Shown here piece after piece: positions 59,388 through 64,000 of a stretch of 64,000 nt of DNA (the first letter of the stretch is position 1; every line of letters starts with the position of its first letter). Under the pieces are notes generated by a model. It saw only the letters and a program-made list of their open reading frames with translations. It was not told the DNA's origin and ran no database searches. The position numbers and the translations under genes are program-made. The stretch comes from Clostridia bacterium. GTDB lineage: Bacteria > Bacillota > Clostridia > Oscillospirales > UBA644. Location of the stretch: the NCBI GenBank assembly GCA_017623595.1, contig JAGAOU010000037.1, positions 7,493-71,492 on the forward strand. The letters run 5' to 3'.

Positions 59388-60998
59388 ATGAAGGTTTGTA
59401 TTATTCAGCCCCCTTATTCCGGGAATTATGCCGACTCCCGGGCCTGCTTTCAAAAACAGTTGGAACTGATGGATCAATGCGATCCATCCATGGACGTGAT
59501 TGTTCTGCCCGAATCCTGCGATATTCCCTCTCTCGCCCGCACCAAGGAAGAGAGCGAGGCCTCCTCCGATCGGTACAACAAAACCATGGTGGACGCTGCA
59601 ATAAAATTGGCGAAACGTTGCTCTGCCACGGTGTTTTTTAATGCCAGATCCTATGGAGAAACAGGGACAAGAAACACCACTTATACCATCAACAGACAAG
59701 GGGAAATCGTCGGAAAATACTACAAGGAGCATCTTACCCCCGGTGAGGTTTCCAAGATGAAGCTGGACAGCGGATACACCTTTGAACCCACCGAGCCGAT
59801 CATCGTGGAGGTGGACGGGGTTCGTTATGCTTTTCTTGTTTGCTACGATTTTTATTTCTATGAAATGTTCCCTCAAATCGCCCGTTACCGTCCCGACGTC
59901 ATCATTGGCTGCTCCCATCAGCGCAGTGACAGTCATGATGCCTTGGAGATCATGGGGCGGTTTCTCTGCTACAACACCAATGCCTGGTTGTTCCGCTCCT
60001 CTGTTTCCATGGACGAGAATTCCGATATCGGCGGCGGCAGCATGATCGTTGCTCCCGACGGGCAGGTGGTCTTCAACATGAAGAGCCGTGTTGGGTTGGA
60101 GTGTGCCGAGGTGGATGTAACCAAAAAATTCTATAAGCCCGCAGGCTATGGCAATCCGCCTTCCGCCCATTGGGAATATATCGAAAAAGGTCGCAGACCT
60201 TGGAAATACCGCCCCGCAGGCGCCGCCATCGTACCTACCGACGACTGGATGGGCTATCCTCGGGTTTGTGCTCATCGGGGATTCAACACCGTGGCCCCCG
60301 AAAACAGCTTACCCGCCTTCGGTGCTGCCATCGCCATGGGTGCGGAGGAGATCGAATTCGATCTTTGGGTTACGGCTGACGGTGAGATAGTTTCTTGCCA
60401 TGACTCCACCCTCGATCGGGTTTCCACCGGGACGGGGAAGGTCTATGATTATACCTACGAAGAGCTTCTCGCCTTTGATTTCGGAATTAAGCGCGGGGAG
60501 GAATTCAAGGGTATTAAGGTGCTCCGCTTTGAGGAAATATTGCGGAAATTTGCGGGACATGCCGTTATGAATATTCACCTGAAGACCCGCAAGGGGCAGA
60601 CCGAATATGATCCTGCGGCTCTGAAGAAGATTGTGACTCTGATTGACCGTTACGATTGTCGCAAGCATGTTTATTTCATGTGCGGTGTGGACGGGGTGCT
60701 TGCCCAGCTGCAACGGGATTATCCCGATATCTGCCGTTGCTGCGGCGCGGGAGATGGACGTTGGGAAATTGTTGACAGAGCCCTTCGATACGGATGCAAA
60801 AAGGTGCAGCTGTTCAAGCCCTATTTCAATCAGGAAATGATTGACAGAGCTCATGCCAACGGAATTATCTGTAACGTGTTTTGGTCCGATAATCCCGAAG
60901 AGACCGAAACCTTCCTCTCCATGGGAATCGACACCATTCTGACCAACGATTACAACCGCATTGCTCAGGTTGTTCGCACATACAAAACCGTAAAATAA
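59388..60998 (+). CDS. Fusion of a nitrilase-family C-N hydrolase and a glycerophosphodiester phosphodiesterase
   Basis: N-half LPES/YYKEHL/LVCYD (Glu-Lys-Cys triad); C-half AHRG, APENS, EFD, CHD, ILTND. Confidence 0.85.
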   Translation: MKVCIIQPPYSGNYADSRACFQKQLELMDQCDPSMDVIVLPESCDIPSLARTKEESEASSDRYNKTMVDAAIKLAKRCSATVFFNARSYGETGTRNTTYTINRQGEIVGKYYKEHLTPGEVSKMKLDSGYTFEPTEPIIVEVDGVRYAFLVCYDFYFYEMFPQIARYRPDVIIGCSHQRSDSHDALEIMGRFLCYNTNAWLFRSSVSMDENSDIGGGSMIVAPDGQVVFNMKSRVGLECAEVDVTKKFYKPAGYGNPPSAHWEYIEKGRRPWKYRPAGAAIVPTDDWMGYPRVCAHRGFNTVAPENSLPAFGAAIAMGAEEIEFDLWVTADGEIVSCHDSTLDRVSTGTGKVYDYTYEELLAFDFGIKRGEEFKGIKVLRFEEILRKFAGHAVMNIHLKTRKGQTEYDPAALKKIVTLIDRYDCRKHVYFMCGVDGVLAQLQRDYPDICRCCGAGDGRWEIVDRALRYGCKKVQLFKPYFNQEMIDRAHANGIICNVFWSDNPEETETFLSMGIDTILTNDYNRIAQVVRTYKTVK

Positions 60999-61012
60999 AA
61001 GGAGTGTTTGTT

Positions 61013-61939
61013 ATGAAACGTCAACAAGCTTTTATCGGAACCGAGCCCCTGCTGAAGGGTGGACTCCATTGCCATACCACCCGCTCCGACGGGAGGGGAG
61101 ATCCTGCAGATGTAATCCGCCTTCATTATGAGAACGGATACGATTTTTTGGCTATCACCGATCATCGCACTTACAATTACATCAATTATGCTCCCGAAGT
61201 TCCCATCACCATCCTTCCCGGCATGGAATTTGACAACACTTTTGAGAAGGATCACGGCTTCCGTTGCTTCCATACTGTCTGCATCGGTCCCTCTAAAGAG
61301 GACGGCAACGGCTATGAGCAGGATGTGAAGCTGACATCGGGCACCGCAAAGAATCAGGAAGAATATCAGGCCTATTTGGACGAAATCCATGCCAATAAAA
61401 ATCTGACTGTCTATTGCCATCCCGAATGGTCCTCCACCCCCGCCCGCTATTTTGAGAAGCTGGAGGGCAATTTTGCCATGGAAATCTGGAACAGCGGGTG
61501 TGCGATTCTGAACGATATGGACACGGATGCCGCTTATTGGGACGAGCTTCTGGGACAGGGCAAAAGGATTTACGGCGTTGCTACCGACGACGGTCACGGA
61601 ATGGCAGAGCATTGCAACGGCTGGGTCAGAGTAAAGGCGGAGAACAATATCAATGCCATTTTGAAGGCGCTGGAAGAGGGAAAGTTCTATTCCTCCTGCG
61701 GACCTGAAATCTACGATTTCTACGTGGAAGACGGAAAGGCTGTGGTGAAGTGCTCCGAGGCCTGCAAGATCCGTTTTCACAGTGATATGCACCCCACCAG
61801 AATCTACCGCGGGGGAGATGCTCCCATCACCGAAGCCGTTTGCGATCTGCAGGGAAGACACCCCTACAAGTACATCCGCGCTGTGGTCATCGACAAGGAC
61901 GGAAAATACGCTTGGACCAATCCCATTTTCCTCGATTAA
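61013..61939 (+). CDS. PHP-domain metallohydrolase (CehA/McbA-like)
   Basis: LHCHTTRSDG, AITDH, PGME, CHP, EIWN, TDDGH, WTNPIF. Confidence 0.85.
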   Translation: MKRQQAFIGTEPLLKGGLHCHTTRSDGRGDPADVIRLHYENGYDFLAITDHRTYNYINYAPEVPITILPGMEFDNTFEKDHGFRCFHTVCIGPSKEDGNGYEQDVKLTSGTAKNQEEYQAYLDEIHANKNLTVYCHPEWSSTPARYFEKLEGNFAMEIWNSGCAILNDMDTDAAYWDELLGQGKRIYGVATDDGHGMAEHCNGWVRVKAENNINAILKALEEGKFYSSCGPEIYDFYVEDGKAVVKCSEACKIRFHSDMHPTRIYRGGDAPITEAVCDLQGRHPYKYIRAVVIDKDGKYAWTNPIFLD

Positions 61940-61955
61940 ACCGCATAAAATACAA

Positions 61956-61997
61956 AACAGAGAGGACAAGCTCCGACGGCTTGTCCTCTCTGTTCTT
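61956..61997. terminator. Bidirectional terminator
   Basis: AACAGAGAGGACAAGC...GCTTGTCCTCTCTGTT. Confidence 0.85.
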
Positions 61998-62010
61998 AGT
62001 GTTTATTTGA

Positions 62011-63456
62011 TTATTTTCTCCATGCGGAAGGGGAAAAGAAGATGATCAGGGGGAAGATTTCCAATCTTCCCAGCAGCATGCCTCCGCTGAGCACCAGCTT
62101 GGAAAGGGGCGAGAATGCGGCAAAATTTGACGCAGGTCCAACGCCGCCGAGTCCGGGCCCCACGTTGTTGAAGCAGGTGAAGGATGCGGTGAAGGTGGTT
62201 TCAAAGTCGAAGCCGCTTTCTGCAGAGAGCACAAGGAAGATGGCGCCGAAGCACACCAAATAGATCGAAAGATAGGACAACACGCCCCGGATGGTCTGTT
62301 CTTCCAGGGAATGTCCCTCAAAGCGGAGGGATTTTACCGAGCGGGGGTGAAGCATGTGCTGAACCTCCCGACGGATTTGTTTGAACAGGATGACCACACG
62401 GGACACCTTGAATCCTCCTGCGGTGGAGCCCGCGCAACCTCCGACAAACATCAAAAGGATCAGAATCCCCTTTGCGAAGGAGGGCCAGAGATTGAAGTCG
62501 GCGGTGGCATACCCTGTTGTTGTGATGATGGAGGAGACCTGAAATGCGGAGAGGCGCACAGTTTCCTCCAAGGTTGGGTATTGGGAACGAATACTGACTG
62601 CAACGCCGAGAATGGCGGCGGCAACAATGATGCCGTATGCCCATAACTCACGGCTCTTGAAGGCGGTTTTTGCTCTGCGGATCAGTATCAGATAATACAG
62701 ATTGAAGTTAATGCCGAAGATCAGCATAAACACCGTAATCACCCATTGCAGATAGGGGGAATAAGAGGTGATGCTGTCGGCTTTGACTCCAAATCCTCCC
62801 GTGCCTGCCGTCCCGAAGGCGTGCAGAACACTGTCGAACAGAGGCATTCCTCCCGCCAGCAGAAACACGATTTGCACAAAGGTCAGGACAATATAGATCA
62901 GATACAGGATTTTTGCCGTATCCTTGATGCGTGGCACCAACTTCCCGATGACGGGACCCGGCATTTCCGCCCGCATGATGTGAATGGAACGCTCCGAAAC
63001 ATTGGGCAGAATCGCCATCGCAAAAACAAGAACTCCCATGCCTCCGATCCAATGGGTAAAACTGCGCCAGAACAAAAGTCCGTGGCTCATGCTTTCCACG
63101 TTGGTCAGAATGGAGGCCCCCGTGGTGGTAAATCCGCTTACCGTTTCAAAAAGGGCATCAATGTAGTTTGGAATCTCTCCGCTGAGAACAAAAGGGAGGG
63201 CTCCGATCAAAGAAAGGAGAATCCAGGAGGCCGATACGATGAAAAAGCCTTCTTTTGCGTAGATGACATCTGTTTTCGGTTTCGATGCAGTCATCATCAG
63301 TCCGCCCAGTCCAAGGGCTACCGCCATGGCGATCAGCAACCCGATCAGACCCGACGGTTCGTTGTAAATCAGTGCCACCGACGCCGGTAACAGGAGAAAC
63401 AGCCCCTCCGCCAGTACCATCTTGCCGACGGTGTTCAGTATCATTCTTCGGTTCAT
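62011..63456 (-). CDS. trkH: Trk potassium uptake membrane protein
   Basis: FETVSGFTTTG, GTGGF, TTTGY, GSTAGG, NVGPG, GRLE pore loops. Confidence 0.95.
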   Translation of the reverse strand: MNRRMILNTVGKMVLAEGLFLLLPASVALIYNEPSGLIGLLIAMAVALGLGGLMMTASKPKTDVIYAKEGFFIVSASWILLSLIGALPFVLSGEIPNYIDALFETVSGFTTTGASILTNVESMSHGLLFWRSFTHWIGGMGVLVFAMAILPNVSERSIHIMRAEMPGPVIGKLVPRIKDTAKILYLIYIVLTFVQIVFLLAGGMPLFDSVLHAFGTAGTGGFGVKADSITSYSPYLQWVITVFMLIFGINFNLYYLILIRRAKTAFKSRELWAYGIIVAAAILGVAVSIRSQYPTLEETVRLSAFQVSSIITTTGYATADFNLWPSFAKGILILLMFVGGCAGSTAGGFKVSRVVILFKQIRREVQHMLHPRSVKSLRFEGHSLEEQTIRGVLSYLSIYLVCFGAIFLVLSAESGFDFETTFTASFTCFNNVGPGLGGVGPASNFAAFSPLSKLVLSGGMLLGRLEIFPLIIFFSPSAWRK

Positions 63457-63463
63457 CGGTTTA

Positions 63464-64000
63464 TCACTCCAAAATGTCCGCCAGATTGTTAATGCGGTGT
63501 CCTGCGGCCAGGATCAAAACCTTATCTTCGGGGAGAATAGCATCGTTTCCCGAGGGGATAATGCTCTTCCGTCCGCGGGTGATTCCCCCGATCAGGATGT
63601 TTGATTTGAGTTTCAGATCCCGAAGGGGGATGTTGCATACGGCCGCATCTCCGTGGACGGTGAATTCCAGCGCCTCTACCTTTCCGTCTACCAATTTGTA
63701 CAGTGTTTCCACGCTGCTGTCCATGGAGTTTTCCAAGGCGCGGGCATAACGCACCAAGATGTTGGCTACGGTCTTGCGGGGGGAGACCATGGAATCCAGT
63801 CCCAGCTGCTCCGCCATGTGGGAAAATTCATCCCGATTGATTTTGGAAATGACCTTGGGTACCTGATGGGAGGCGGCAAAATAAGAAAGAAGAATATTCT
63901 GCTCCACCATGCCCGTCAAGGCCACAAAAGCATCCATGTTGGACAGTCCTTCTTCCAGCAGTAACTCCTGCTTTGCTCCGTCGCCGTGAATGACTACCGC
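63464..64000 (-). CDS. trkA: Trk potassium uptake RCK subunit (5' end beyond window)
   Basis: FVALTG..EQNIL, VSPR, VEALEF, C-terminal RCK-C; adjacent to trkH. Confidence 0.88.
   Translation of the reverse strand, partial: AVVIHGDGAKQELLLEEGLSNMDAFVALTGMVEQNILLSYFAASHQVPKVISKINRDEFSHMAEQLGLDSMVSPRKTVANILVRYARALENSMDSSVETLYKLVDGKVEALEFTVHGDAAVCNIPLRDLKLKSNILIGGITRGRKSIIPSGNDAILPEDKVLILAAGHRINNLADILE

Overview
Chromosomal window from what is most likely an anaerobic Firmicute (Clostridia-like, inferred from gene repertoire, near-consensus sigma-A promoters and GGAGG RBSs). I see no tRNA, rRNA, CRISPR array, transposase or phage genes. In order: (1) a minus-strand rpe-cysteine hydrolase-YkgJ-radA-2xCof/HAD operon; (2) a membrane protein, ispD, a GH2 and a MATE; (3) xpaC-telA divergent from nrdR; (4) a ~19 kb purine operon behind a clear ZMP/ZTP riboswitch (purE-purC-purF-purM-purN-standalone IMP cyclohydrolase-AICAR transformylase-purD-purL-fhs-rdgB); (5) an orphan GH-like TIM barrel, an ArsR/HMA/P1B-ATPase metal operon, galT, CpXC plus a methyltransferase, AraC plus GH51, and HAD-AlaX-ABC-F; (6) a glycan locus with an esterase, GH95, GH109, GH2 and three SGNH esterases; (7) malQ, two AlkP-family hydrolases, a nitrilase-GDPD fusion and a PHP hydrolase, then trkH/trkA. 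The most striking feature is an array of five paralogous beta-propeller (DUF6528-like) genes, two lipoproteins and three signal-less, inserted between purH and purD. Other candidates are the nitrilase-GDPD phosphoester cluster, a PurF lacking its catalytic Cys, an ABC-F with one fully degenerate ATPase site, a Cys->Ser isochorismatase-family protein and a structured intergenic element at ~33.2 kb. All family calls come from motif recognition by eye, not database searches.
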